From positions 33,233 to 97,232 of the forward strand of contig DASZVH010000008.1 of NCBI GenBank assembly GCA_035547315.1: DNA of 64,000 nt, in the 5' to 3' direction. The notes below the pieces were generated by a model. It was not told where the DNA came from and ran no database searches. It worked only from the letters and a program-made list of their open reading frames with translations. The stretch comes from Minisyncoccota bacterium (GTDB lineage: Bacteria; Patescibacteriota; Minisyncoccia; Phycocordibacterales; Phycocordibacteraceae). This document shows positions 49,394 to 58,891 of the stretch, in pieces (position 1 is the stretch's first letter; each line of letters starts with the position of its first letter). Both the position numbers and the translations under genes were made by a program.

Positions 49394-49902
49394 CGCTCGC
49401 GACCGGGTATGCTAAGACATATGCAATGCAGCGCCTCGTAAGCATTATTGGCTCCTTCCATCTCGCTACGCGCATCCGTACGGCGTGGTGGCGGCTTTGG
49501 ATAGGGCGTATGGGGCGCGATGTCCGCATCCAGGGAGGCGTTCATTTTTCTACGCCGTCGCAAATCAGCCTCGGCGATGGCGTGCGGATAAATTACGGCG
49601 TCGTGCTTGCGGCGAAAGGTGAGATTACCATCGGCGCTCATTCCACGATTTCTTCAGGTGCTATTATAAACACCGCTGGCCTCGTGTATACCAATCCACC
49701 GGAGCGGCGCGATCATATCGTCGCACCTGTCGTCGTCGAAGACAAAGTATGGGTCTGTTCGGGCGCAATCATCAACCCTGGCGTGCGGATTGGGAGCCAC
49801 AGCGTCGTCGCCTCCGGAGCGGTAGTCACCAAGGATGTGCCTCCCTATGTCGTGGTCGGCGGCGTCCCCGCAGCCATCATCAAGGAGATCCGACGTTTCT
49901 AG
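49390..49902 (+). CDS. hexapeptide-repeat (LbH) acyl/acetyltransferase
   Basis: Repeated [LIV]-G-x-x-x-x hexads (IGAHSTISSGAIINTAG...VWVCSGAIINPGVRIGSHSVVASGAVVTKDVPPYVVVGGVPA). Confidence 0.7.
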   Translation: MTLATGYAKTYAMQRLVSIIGSFHLATRIRTAWWRLWIGRMGRDVRIQGGVHFSTPSQISLGDGVRINYGVVLAAKGEITIGAHSTISSGAIINTAGLVYTNPPERRDHIVAPVVVEDKVWVCSGAIINPGVRIGSHSVVASGAVVTKDVPPYVVVGGVPAAIIKEIRRF

Positions 49903-51160
49903 CGGGGGCCGACTCTTCCTTGAACCGGCGATAATAAAACAATGAGATCCCCGCGTTAAAGAAGCGCGAGATGAGCTGCGCCCAGATCGCGCCGCCGATG
50001 CCATCGTAGAACGTCAGAACGGGAAGCGCGACGAGAAGGATCGCTCCCGTCGCGAGCGAGATGACGTACTGCTCGCGGACGCGCTTCTTCGCCTGAAAGA
50101 CGGTCGAAAGAATGATGGATGCGAAGCTCAGGATGAGCGTGAGCGCATAGAATTGCGAATACGGGACTGCTTCTATATAGCGGGGGAAGAGGACGCGGAA
50201 AAGGAGCGGCGCTAGGATCACGTAGACGAGAAAGGCGCAGAATATCGCCATCCCGGCATATACCAGCTTGGAGCGCAAGCTCGCGCGGATGTCGGTGATG
50301 GAGCGCCCGGCGAAGCGGGGCAGGGAGAGCGGCACCACGAGCTTGACGAGCTGCTTGATCTGCTCCGGCATCGCGATCGCGAAGGCGTAGACCGCGAGCT
50401 GCGCCGGCCCGAGCAAGCTGAAGACGGCGATGCTATCTACCTTATCCGCGAGAGCGTTGACGATGCCCATGACCGAGAGGTGCCTGCTATAGGAGAAGGT
50501 GCCGGGGTCGGTCGCCGCGTTCTTGGCCTGCCGGAGCGTGAGCAGATAGAAGAGCGCGTCGGCCGCTGCGTTGGCGGCGAAGTAGGCCAGGATGATGAAG
50601 ACCGCGCGATGGGTGAAGAAGAGCGACGCGATGACCGCCGCGACAGGGAAGAGGGCGTTGAGGAAATTGTAGGCCGTATCGCGTACGAACGCTTTCTTGC
50701 CCACGAGGAACGGGCTGAAAAGCGAGAGGCCGTTGAGGAGCGGCAGCAGGAAGGCGACGACGAGCAGCGACGCGCCGAGGAAGGCGTTGCGCGCGAAGAA
50801 GTAATAATACGTCGCGGCGCCGGCGGAGAGCAGGACCACGCCCCAGCTCCAGCGCAGGCTCAGGCGGAATCCCTGCGCGAGCGAGCCCTCATAGCCGCGC
50901 GCAACCGCCTGCGTGACCGCGATACCGATCCCCGAGAGCGAGAAGGCGCCGAAGAGCCCGGCCAAGGAGAGCACGTATTTATAATTGCCGTAGGTATCCT
51001 GCGAGGCGAAGTGGCCGAAGGCGATCGCGGTCGCGAGGCCCAAGAGGACCGAGCCGATCTGCCCGAGCAGGAGCCAAAATCCGCCTTTGGCGAGGTAGAC
51101 CATATCGGTCTGGGTGTATCGCTCGCTCCAGCGCAGGAGGGCTATGATGCGATCCTTCAT
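49880..51160 (-). CDS. Wzx-type oligosaccharide flippase (MOP/PST superfamily)
   Basis: 12-14 TM helices with PST-family sequence character. The ORF extends to 51217; the Met at 51160 (MKDRIIALL) is preferred. Confidence 0.65.
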   Translation of the reverse strand: MKDRIIALLRWSERYTQTDMVYLAKGGFWLLLGQIGSVLLGLATAIAFGHFASQDTYGNYKYVLSLAGLFGAFSLSGIGIAVTQAVARGYEGSLAQGFRLSLRWSWGVVLLSAGAATYYYFFARNAFLGASLLVVAFLLPLLNGLSLFSPFLVGKKAFVRDTAYNFLNALFPVAAVIASLFFTHRAVFIILAYFAANAAADALFYLLTLRQAKNAATDPGTFSYSRHLSVMGIVNALADKVDSIAVFSLLGPAQLAVYAFAIAMPEQIKQLVKLVVPLSLPRFAGRSITDIRASLRSKLVYAGMAIFCAFLVYVILAPLLFRVLFPRYIEAVPYSQFYALTLILSFASIILSTVFQAKKRVREQYVISLATGAILLVALPVLTFYDGIGGAIWAQLISRFFNAGISLFYYRRFKEESAPARNVGSP

Positions 51161-51222
51161 GCGATCCCTACTATAACCGGTTTCCGGCCTGCGGGGTCTC
51201 GCTGGAGCGGGAGGCATGTATT

Positions 51223-53136
51223 ATGTATTATGCGGGAATGACTAAGGCCGAGTATGTCGAGACATACCGACGCTCCGTGGAGGAGCCGGAGGCATTCTGG
51301 AAAGAGGAGGGCCAGCGGATTTCCTGGATGCGCCCTTATACGAAGGTTAAGGAGACCTCTTTTCTCGGCGAGGTGCCCATTCGCTGGTTTGCGGACGGAA
51401 CGCTGAACGCTTCCTATAATTGCATCGATCGTCATCTGGCGGAGCGGGGAAACAAGCCGGCACTGATTTGGGTCGGCAATGCACCGGGCGAGAGCGAGAC
51501 GATAACCTATGCCGAGCTCCATAAGCGTGTCTGCCGCTTCGCGAGCATGCTCAAGCGCAACGGCGTAGCACGCGGCGACCGGGTGACACTCTATATGCCG
51601 ATGATTCCTGAAGCGGTATGCGCCATGCTCGCCTGCGCCCGGCTGGGTGCTATACATTCGGTGGTGTTCGGTGGCTTCTCCCCGGAGAGCTTGGCGAATC
51701 GAATCCTCGATGCTGGCTCCCGCATTGTGATCACTGCCGACGAAGGAATGCGTGGCGATAAACGGGTGCCTCTCAAGCACAACGTCGACCAAGCCCTGCA
51801 GAAAGCCCAGGGTGTCGAGCGCGTGCTCGTCGCGCGTCGTACCGGCACGCCGATCGCCTGGGACGACGCACGCGACCGCTGGATCTCTGACGAGCTCGAG
51901 GATTGTGAGAGCGACTGCTCTCCCGAAGAGATGGGGGCAGAAGATCCTCTCTTCATCCTCTATACGTCCGGTTCGACCGGCAAGCCCAAAGGCGTACTGC
52001 ATACTACCGGCGGGTATCTCGTGTATGCGGCTCTGACGCACCAGCATGCGTTCGACCTGCGAGAACATGACATTTACTGGTGCACCGCCGATGTCGGGTG
52101 GATTACCGGCCACAGCTATATGGTCTATGGCCCGCTCGCCAACGGCGCCACCGTGCTGATGTATGAGGGCCTCCCAGCATATCCGTCGCCCGCGCGCTTC
52201 TGGGAGATTGTCGATGAATGGAACGTTTCTATTCTCTATACATCGCCGACGGTTATTCGTTCGCTCATGGCGGCCAGCGACGCGTACGTCACGAAGACCA
52301 GTAGGAAATCATTGCGGGTCTTAGGTACCGTTGGAGAGCCGATTAACCCCGAAGCATGGAGATGGTATGACGAGGTTATTGGCGAAGGTCGCTGCCCGAT
52401 TGTAGACACCTGGTGGCAGACCGAAACTGGTGGCATCGCGATCGCTCCCATCCCGGGCGCGGCGCCGCAAAAGCCCGGCTCGGCTTCCTGGCCCTTCTTT
52501 GGCATACGCCCCGCAATTGCAGACGAAGAGGGGATTGTGCAGGAGAACGCAACGGAAGGCCATCTTGTCATCCTCGATAGTTGGCCAGGGCAAGCACGCA
52601 CTCTCTGGGGTGATCACCAGCGTTTTATTGAGACATATTTCTCCAAAGTGCCTGGTGCTTACTTTACCGGCGACGGGTGTCGCGTCGACGAAGACGGCTG
52701 CTGGTGGATTACCGGGCGCGTCGACGATGTCATCAACGTTTCCGGTCACCGGCTCGGCACCGCAGAGGTAGAATCGGCCCTCGCAGGGCATCCCGCGGTC
52801 GCGGAATCTGCGGCGGTCGGGTACCCGCATCCGATCAAGGGCAGCGGCCTCTTCTGTTTTGTCGTCCTGCGCGAAGGTCAGCAGGCCTCGGAAGAGCTCA
52901 AGGCCGGGCTTATCCGATGCGTGCGGGCTGAGATCGGCCCGATAGCCACTCCAGATCGGCTGCATTTCACCAAAGGTCTGCCCAAAACTCGCTCCGGCAA
53001 GATCATGCGTCGCCTCTTGCGGACGTTGGCTGCGGGCGAGCGGGGGTTCGGCGATATCTCCACCCTCGTAGATCCGACGGCGATAGATGATCTCGCAGTT
53101 GAGCTCGGCATGGGCGTCCTGCCGGACGCGACCTGA
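51223..53136 (+). CDS. acs: acetyl-CoA synthetase (acetate--CoA ligase)
   Basis: Full-length collinear match to Acs: [15 protein letters not shown]-binding motif [74 protein letters not shown]. Confidence 0.9.
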   Translation: MYYAGMTKAEYVETYRRSVEEPEAFWKEEGQRISWMRPYTKVKETSFLGEVPIRWFADGTLNASYNCIDRHLAERGNKPALIWVGNAPGESETITYAELHKRVCRFASMLKRNGVARGDRVTLYMPMIPEAVCAMLACARLGAIHSVVFGGFSPESLANRILDAGSRIVITADEGMRGDKRVPLKHNVDQALQKAQGVERVLVARRTGTPIAWDDARDRWISDELEDCESDCSPEEMGAEDPLFILYTSGSTGKPKGVLHTTGGYLVYAALTHQHAFDLREHDIYWCTADVGWITGHSYMVYGPLANGATVLMYEGLPAYPSPARFWEIVDEWNVSILYTSPTVIRSLMAASDAYVTKTSRKSLRVLGTVGEPINPEAWRWYDEVIGEGRCPIVDTWWQTETGGIAIAPIPGAAPQKPGSASWPFFGIRPAIADEEGIVQENATEGHLVILDSWPGQARTLWGDHQRFIETYFSKVPGAYFTGDGCRVDEDGCWWITGRVDDVINVSGHRLGTAEVESALAGHPAVAESAAVGYPHPIKGSGLFCFVVLREGQQASEELKAGLIRCVRAEIGPIATPDRLHFTKGLPKTRSGKIMRRLLRTLAAGERGFGDISTLVDPTAIDDLAVELGMGVLPDAT

Positions 53137-53179
53137 ATCAGAAGCTTCGTGGTAGAGTTGCCCGCATAATGCCGCGCCC

Positions 53180-54334
53180 ATGAAGGTCGCCGTTATCATA
53201 CCCACCTATAACGAAGCGGGAGCGATCGGCGGGCTCCTCGACGAGCTCGCGGGCGTCCTCAGCGGCGCACCCAGGTACGAGTGGCGCGTCCTCGTGGTGG
53301 ACGCGAACTCGCCCGACGGTACTGCGGGCATCGTGCGCGCCGCGGCCGAGCGCCACCCAGGCCTGATCGAGCTCCTCGAGGAGCCCGAGAAGCGCGGTAT
53401 CGCGGCCGCCTACCTGCTCGGCATGCGCTACGCGATCGACACGCTCCGCGCCGACGTGTTCGTCGAGTTCGACGGCGACGGCCAGCACGATCCGCGCGAC
53501 ATCCCGCGGCTCATCCGCGCGCTTGAGGAGGGCGCGGATTACGCGATCGGCTCGCGCTATGTCGAAGGTGGCGCGATCCCGCGCGAGTGGGCGCTCTACC
53601 GCAAGATCCTCTCGCGCTTCGGCAGCTTGTACGCGCGGCTCTTGCTCGAGCTGCCCGTGCATGACGCGACCTCGGGGCTCAAGGCGACCCGAGTCGCGAC
53701 CTTGGCCGCCGCGCTTCCGCTCGAGGAGCGGCAGCTCGTCTCGCGCCAGTACGCCTACAAGCTGCAGTTCCTCTACGCGGCGGCGCTCGCGGGCGCGCGC
53801 ATCCGCGAGATCCCGATCACCTTCCGCATGCGCGCGCACGATATCTCGAAGAGCGCGGCCGGCGACATCTTCGAGTCGCTCCGGCTCACCCTTATCCTGC
53901 GCGCACGCACGCTCGCGCGCTGGCGGCTCCTGCGGGTCGCGCTCGTGAGCGGGGCCGGCCTCCTCTTCCAGGCGGCGTTCTTCGAGATCGCGGGCGTGTG
54001 GCTGCATTTGCTTGCGCCTTCTATCGCGGTGCTTATCGCGGGCGAGCTCGCCGTCTTCCTCAATTTCGCGCTCCACGAGCGTTTCTCCTTCCGCGACAAG
54101 CGGGAGGCGGCCGCGCCGCTTGCGCCGCGGCTCGTGCGCTTCCAGATCCTCTCCCTGCTCTCGATCGCGGCGCAGTGGATCCTGGTCCATGCGGCCGAGC
54201 TTGCCGGCGCGGGGCCGCTTTTGCTGAACATCGCGTACGCGCTCGGCGTCGCGCTCGGCTTCCTCGCGATCTATGCCGGCGCCTATTTCTGGGTCTGGGG
54301 CGCGCGGGCGGATACCGGCACCAGTGCGCTTTGA
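53180..54334 (+). CDS. GT2 polyprenol-phosphate sugar synthase (DPM1/ArnC/GtrB-like) fused to GtrA-like 4-TM domain
   Basis: VIIPTYNEAGAI...VDANSPDGT...EFDGDGQHDP...IGSRY... (GT2 DxD/QxxRW-lacking DPM-type). C-terminal 4 TM helices typical of GtrA. Confidence 0.7.
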   Translation: MKVAVIIPTYNEAGAIGGLLDELAGVLSGAPRYEWRVLVVDANSPDGTAGIVRAAAERHPGLIELLEEPEKRGIAAAYLLGMRYAIDTLRADVFVEFDGDGQHDPRDIPRLIRALEEGADYAIGSRYVEGGAIPREWALYRKILSRFGSLYARLLLELPVHDATSGLKATRVATLAAALPLEERQLVSRQYAYKLQFLYAAALAGARIREIPITFRMRAHDISKSAAGDIFESLRLTLILRARTLARWRLLRVALVSGAGLLFQAAFFEIAGVWLHLLAPSIAVLIAGELAVFLNFALHERFSFRDKREAAAPLAPRLVRFQILSLLSIAAQWILVHAAELAGAGPLLLNIAYALGVALGFLAIYAGAYFWVWGARADTGTSAL

Positions 54335-54338
54335 TACG

Positions 54339-55670
54339 ATGGGTAGCATGAAATCGTGGCTCGCCCGCCGCACGCCCGCCGAGTGGCTCACCGCGCTCCT
54401 TGCCGCCGCCTTCCTGCTCACCTTCGGCTGGGCGCTCTATTTCCAGATCGTTCCGCAGGTGGACGCCGCGCACTACGAGAGCATCTCGAGCAATATCGCG
54501 GCAGGGGACGGCTACCGCATGGTTGCCGGCACGCCGCTCGCGAGCGACGACGCGATCGCGAGCGTCGGGCCTTTGTACGAATTCTTCCTTGCGCTTCTGC
54601 TGCGCGTCTTCCATTTCCAGCTTGCCTTCGTCTGGCTCGCGCAGGCGCTCTTGGATGTCGCGACGGGCTTCCTGCTCTTCCTCACCGCGCGGCGCGCGTT
54701 CGGCAAAGCGGACGGGGAATATATGGGGCTCATCGCCGCGGGGCTCTATCTTTTCTGCATCGACATCGTCCAGATGCCGGCGATGCTGATGACCGAGACG
54801 CTCTATCTTTTCCTGATCGCCTTCACGACGTATCTCTTCGTCCGCTTGTATCAGGAGCCGGGCTATGCGAACGCCGCACTGCTCGGCGTTGCGGGCGCGT
54901 TCGCGGTGCTCACGCGCCCGACCGCCCTTCTCATGCTGATTCTCGTATTCATCGCCGCGCTCGCCCTGCGCCGCTACAAGCAGGCGGCGGCGCTGCTTTT
55001 CTGCAGCGTGCTCGTGATCGCGCCGTGGACGCTCCGCAATTATTTCGTCTACCACTCCTTCATCCTCACCACGGCCGCGGGCGGCTACGACCTCTGGATG
55101 GGCAACAACGCGGGCGCCGACGGCGGCGCGCATCCGACGCCGGAGATCGTCGCGTACGCCGCCTCGCACACCTTCACGCAGACCGCCGCCTACGGCGACG
55201 CGCAGTTCAAGCAATTTATCTTCGGGCATCCGCTTGCCGAAACGAAACTCCTCGCCGAGAAGACGATCGCATACGCGAGCGTCGCGCGGCCCTATGCCTT
55301 CTGGTTCTACCTTTCCGGCCTCGCGCAGAAGATCGTGCTCGTATGGTCGGCGGCGTGGTCCTTCATCCTCTTCTCGCTCGGGCTCGCGGGCGCGTGGCTC
55401 CTTTGGGAATCGAAGCAGCCGCTCTATCGCTGGCTCTTGGCGCTTGCCGTTCTCATGCCGGCCTCGGTAATCCCGATCATCGTCGAGACGCGCTACCGCC
55501 TGCCGCTCTACCCGTTCCTCGCGCTCTTCGCGGGCTACTTTGCCGTGCGGCTCTATCGCGACCGTTCGCTCTCGAAAGTGCTCGGCGTTGCGGCGGCGCT
55601 CATCGTCGCGGACGCGGCGGTCGACGGCGCGAGCCACCTCGGCCTCATTCTCGACCGGCTCGGGCTCTAG
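54339..55670 (+). CDS. GT-C membrane glycosyltransferase (ArnT/PMT, GT39/GT83-like)
   Basis: ~12 TM helices. N-terminal first-loop region with DAAHYESISSNIAAGDGY (D-x-x-H/E loop characteristic of GT-C). Polyprenol-P-sugar-dependent family by architecture. The ORF from 54273 has an N-terminal out-of-context extension. Confidence 0.6.
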   Translation: MGSMKSWLARRTPAEWLTALLAAAFLLTFGWALYFQIVPQVDAAHYESISSNIAAGDGYRMVAGTPLASDDAIASVGPLYEFFLALLLRVFHFQLAFVWLAQALLDVATGFLLFLTARRAFGKADGEYMGLIAAGLYLFCIDIVQMPAMLMTETLYLFLIAFTTYLFVRLYQEPGYANAALLGVAGAFAVLTRPTALLMLILVFIAALALRRYKQAAALLFCSVLVIAPWTLRNYFVYHSFILTTAAGGYDLWMGNNAGADGGAHPTPEIVAYAASHTFTQTAAYGDAQFKQFIFGHPLAETKLLAEKTIAYASVARPYAFWFYLSGLAQKIVLVWSAAWSFILFSLGLAGAWLLWESKQPLYRWLLALAVLMPASVIPIIVETRYRLPLYPFLALFAGYFAVRLYRDRSLSKVLGVAAALIVADAAVDGASHLGLILDRLGL

Positions 55671-55673
55671 CCG

Positions 55674-56324
55674 CTATGCCGGCCGGCGCAACTCGAGAAA
55701 GACGAGGCCGAGCGGGAGCGGCTGCAGGAGGAAGACGCGCGCGTGGGGCGTCACGGCCTTGCCGACTTCGAGCAATTCCTTCCGATCGAAAAAGCGCTGC
55801 TCGGTCCACGGCCAGAATCGGCGGAGGAAGCGCGGGCGCGTGAGCTTGTACCAGAGCGTGTGATACGAGTATTTATACGGCACGGAAAGGAGCGCGACTC
55901 CGCCGGGCGCCAGCATGCGGTAGTGCTCGCGGGCGATCAATACCGGATCCTCGAAATGCTCGAGGAGGCCCTGGCTCCAGACGAAGTCGAAGCGCTCCTC
56001 AAGCGCGAGCTTCGTGCAGTCGTCGAGCATAAAGGAGGCGTTCGAAAGGCCGAGGCGCTTCGCAGCGGCGTTCGCCTGCGCGACCGCGGCGGGAGAGATG
56101 TCGATCCCGACCAGCTTCTTGATCCGTGGCGCCATCGAGATCGTGAGCGAGGCGCGGCCGCTTCCGAGCTCGAGCAGGGAAGAGTCGGGAGAGAGATATT
56201 CGCGGAGCGTCCGGCGGAAGAACCAGTTGTAGACCGAGCGCCCCGCGTCTATGGCCGCGTCGAAGAATCCCCGCCGCTCCCAGATTTCCTCCCACTGCCC
56301 CGCCTGTTCCGTGCCGGTTTGCAT
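55674..56324 (-). CDS. class I SAM-dependent methyltransferase
   Basis: LLELGSGRASLTISMAPRIKKLVGIDISPAAV...LEERFDFVWSQGLLEHFED...LAPGGVALLSVP. Confidence 0.65.
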   Translation of the reverse strand: MQTGTEQAGQWEEIWERRGFFDAAIDAGRSVYNWFFRRTLREYLSPDSSLLELGSGRASLTISMAPRIKKLVGIDISPAAVAQANAAAKRLGLSNASFMLDDCTKLALEERFDFVWSQGLLEHFEDPVLIAREHYRMLAPGGVALLSVPYKYSYHTLWYKLTRPRFLRRFWPWTEQRFFDRKELLEVGKAVTPHARVFLLQPLPLGLVFLELRRPA

Positions 56325-56350
56325 GCGAGGACTATAGCATTTCAAGTGCT

Positions 56351-57418
56351 ATGATGCGGGCCATGTCCGCGGATGCCCGCATGCGGTTCGCGCCGCTCGC
56401 CGCCCTCTTTCTCGCCGGTATCGCGCTCGTCGTTTTCAAGCTTTGCGCGTTCGGCGTCGCGCCCAACAGCGACTACTATTCCTATCTCGAGACCGCCGCG
56501 TTCTTCCGCGGAGAAGCGGGCGCGCAGGTTTTTCCTAATCGGATCTTGAAGCCGCTTGAGCCGCTCATGATCGCGGCCGAGGAGAGCGTCCTCTCTCCGG
56601 AGCATGCGTTCGTTGTGCAGATCGTCTTCTTCTATTTTCTCCTGCTTGGTGCCTGCTACTTCTTCGGCCGCGCGTTCGGCTTCTCGCGCGCGGAGAGCGC
56701 GCTCGCGGGGCTCTTCATCGGCGGCAGCTATCCGGTGCTGCGCTACGGCCTCGACCTTTATACCGAGACGGGCGCGCTCTTCTTCTATATTCTCGCGCTC
56801 ACGCTCACGCTCCTCTATCTGCGCGCGCCGGCGAGGCGGATTCTCTACGCGAATATCGCCGTCGTTACCATCGGCGCTTTATGGAAGGAATACAGCATCG
56901 TCGCGGGCGCCGTTTTCGGCTTCGCGATCCTCTTCCATCCGCAGCTCTCGTGGCGCGCGCGTTTCGCCGCGCTCGCCGCCTACGCGGGGATTTTCCTCGC
57001 GATCAATCTCGCCTGGCAGGCGTACGTCTATCGCGTCTATGACTATTCCTACTTTTCCTTCTATGCCGAGGACGGCGCGCCCGGCTACTATGAGTTCACG
57101 TTCAAGAACGTGGCCAAGAGCTTGGCCGCGCTTCTCGGGCTTGCGTGGCTGCTCGTTCCTTTTGGCCTCGCGCGCTGGCGCGCGCTCGAAGCGTGGCAGC
57201 GGCGGTTCTTCATGTTCGCAATCCCACTTTCCGCGATGGCATTCCTCTGGGGGTTCGTCTCCTCGCGCCTCTACTTCGTCATCGCTCCGGCCTTCGTGCT
57301 TTTGGCCCTTCTCAGCCTCGCGCGGGTGCGCTCGCCGCTCGCACGCTCTGCGCTTGTCGCACTGGTCCTTGCCGCGAATCTCGCGTGGCTCGCGCTCTCC
57401 TTCCGCATCACGCTTTAG
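56351..57418 (+). CDS. polytopic membrane protein (possible GT-C-like or polymerase-like)
   Basis: 9-10 predicted TM helices. No soluble domain. Lies within the glycan locus. Confidence 0.4.
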   Translation: MMRAMSADARMRFAPLAALFLAGIALVVFKLCAFGVAPNSDYYSYLETAAFFRGEAGAQVFPNRILKPLEPLMIAAEESVLSPEHAFVVQIVFFYFLLLGACYFFGRAFGFSRAESALAGLFIGGSYPVLRYGLDLYTETGALFFYILALTLTLLYLRAPARRILYANIAVVTIGALWKEYSIVAGAVFGFAILFHPQLSWRARFAALAAYAGIFLAINLAWQAYVYRVYDYSYFSFYAEDGAPGYYEFTFKNVAKSLAALLGLAWLLVPFGLARWRALEAWQRRFFMFAIPLSAMAFLWGFVSSRLYFVIAPAFVLLALLSLARVRSPLARSALVALVLAANLAWLALSFRITL

Positions 57419-57445
57419 CGGAGCGGCTTCAGTTATACTTGTCGC

Positions 57446-57799
57446 ATGGCCTATCTTTTCCTGGCGCTCGCGTTTCTCTGCAATGGCGCGGCCAACGTCC
57501 TGCTTAAGGTCGCGGCGATGCGCGGCTTTTCCTTCGCGGGGGTTTTGGGAGGCGATTGGAACATGGCGACCTTTACCGCCCTTGCCGCCGCTGGGCTGTT
57601 CGCGCTCAATCTCTGTTTTTATCTCGCCGCGCTCGAAAAGATCCCGCTCTCGCTCGGGTATCCGGTGATGATCGGCATGACGTTCCTGATAACGATCGCC
57701 GCATCTCTTTTCCTCGGGGAGCGCATCGCGCTCGTGCAAGGCCTCGGCATGGCGCTCATTGTCGTCGGTATCCTCCTTGCCGCCCGCTTTGCCGCTTAG
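57446..57799 (+). CDS. SMR/EamA-like 4-TM small transporter (ArnE/ArnF-like candidate lipid-linked sugar flippase)
   Basis: 117 aa, 4 TM helices (LFLALAFLCNGAANVLLKVAA...). Sits beside the GT2-GtrA and GT-C genes. Confidence 0.5.
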   Translation: MAYLFLALAFLCNGAANVLLKVAAMRGFSFAGVLGGDWNMATFTALAAAGLFALNLCFYLAALEKIPLSLGYPVMIGMTFLITIAASLFLGERIALVQGLGMALIVVGILLAARFAA

Positions 57800-58890
57800 A
57801 TTTTTTCGAATACCCCGCGCCAAATGCGCATGCCCGCGAAGTAGCCCTCGAGAAACGCGCGCTCGTCATCCTTGAGCGATATTTTAGAAAAGGCCGCCGG
57901 CAGTGATTCCGCGAGCTCCGCATAGCAGGTCCGATAATCCCTTCCGGAGAGGGGAAGCGCCGCGAGCGTCTCCACGAAGCCGAGCGTGAGCGCATGGCCG
58001 TAGCGCTCCATGTCGAGGTCGCGCCAGTAGTTATGCGGGTTGCGCTCCTGCTTCACCAACGGCTCTCCGAAGGCGATTGAGTCGCCGAGATGATCGGCGA
58101 TCTTTTTCAGGATGTACGAGGCCCAGATGTCGTCATAGCGGCCGACTTTGGGCGAGAGGAAATACGCCGGAATAACCGCGCGCGCGAGCGCCGTGTTTTG
58201 CGAATTGAACGGCGTCCACGTGCCGTTCGCGGGAGTGACGCGGTCGTTCCGCGCGAGCTTCGTCGCCTCGGTGGGATCGGTGAAATGGTAGAGCCGCTCG
58301 AGCGCGTCCACGTCCGGATCGCCGAGCCAAAGCCCTGCGCTTGCGACCGGCGCGGCGGTTGTTTTCCGCTCGGTCCATAGCTCCTCTATGCGCTTCTCGA
58401 GCGGAAAGCCGCGATGGTAGAAGGTCCGGCCGTGCTTCTCCTTGAGCAGGCGGCAGACATTCATCCAGCCGGTCGAGGAAGAGATCTCGGTCATCTCCCG
58501 CTTTTGCCCTATGCCGTGCGTGCCGAGATAATCCTCGGTCGCAAGGAAATTGTCGTCGTCGATCGTCGCGAGCCACGGGCAGCCGGACTCGTATGCGAAG
58601 AGGATACCGACATTGCGGCGCATGATGCAGTTCCATTGGATGTGGTCGCGAAGCGCGGGGAAGCGGGAGAGGTATTCCTCCTGGCGCTCGGGCGGGAAAT
58701 ATTCGACGGGGAATCCGGAGCGTTCGGCGAGGCCGGCGCAATAAGTCGCGGTCTCGGGCGGCGTCTTCTTGTCGCCGACGACGATGAAGACGACGGCGCG
58801 CCCATGCTTCTTCGCGTCTTCGGCGTAGGAGTCGAGGAGTTTCGGGACGAATATCGTCGTCGTCACGATGGCGATCTTTCCGTCGTACAT
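57796..58890 (-). CDS. reversibly-glycosylated-polypeptide (RGP, GT75) family protein, UDP-arabinopyranose mutase-like
   Basis: Collinear motif matches to plant RGP1: IAIVTTTIFVPKLL (IVIPTIRNLDFL), WLATIDDDNFLATED (YIFTIDDDCFVAKD), ASAGLWLGDPDVDA (VSHGLWLNIPDYDA), RYDDIWASYILKKIADHLG (RYDDMWAGWCVKVICDHLG). The long ORF to 59274 is an upstream wrong-frame extension; start at 58890. Confidence 0.55.
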   Translation of the reverse strand: MYDGKIAIVTTTIFVPKLLDSYAEDAKKHGRAVVFIVVGDKKTPPETATYCAGLAERSGFPVEYFPPERQEEYLSRFPALRDHIQWNCIMRRNVGILFAYESGCPWLATIDDDNFLATEDYLGTHGIGQKREMTEISSSTGWMNVCRLLKEKHGRTFYHRGFPLEKRIEELWTERKTTAAPVASAGLWLGDPDVDALERLYHFTDPTEATKLARNDRVTPANGTWTPFNSQNTALARAVIPAYFLSPKVGRYDDIWASYILKKIADHLGDSIAFGEPLVKQERNPHNYWRDLDMERYGHALTLGFVETLAALPLSGRDYRTCYAELAESLPAAFSKISLKDDERAFLEGYFAGMRIWRGVFEKI

Positions 58891-58891
58891 A

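Noticed and set aside
54060-55637. 525-aa minus-strand ORF opposite the GT-C gene, and plus-strand ORF 54356-55843 in another frame
   Set aside because: Arg-rich low-complexity products. The plus-strand frame with 12 TM helices is the real gene.
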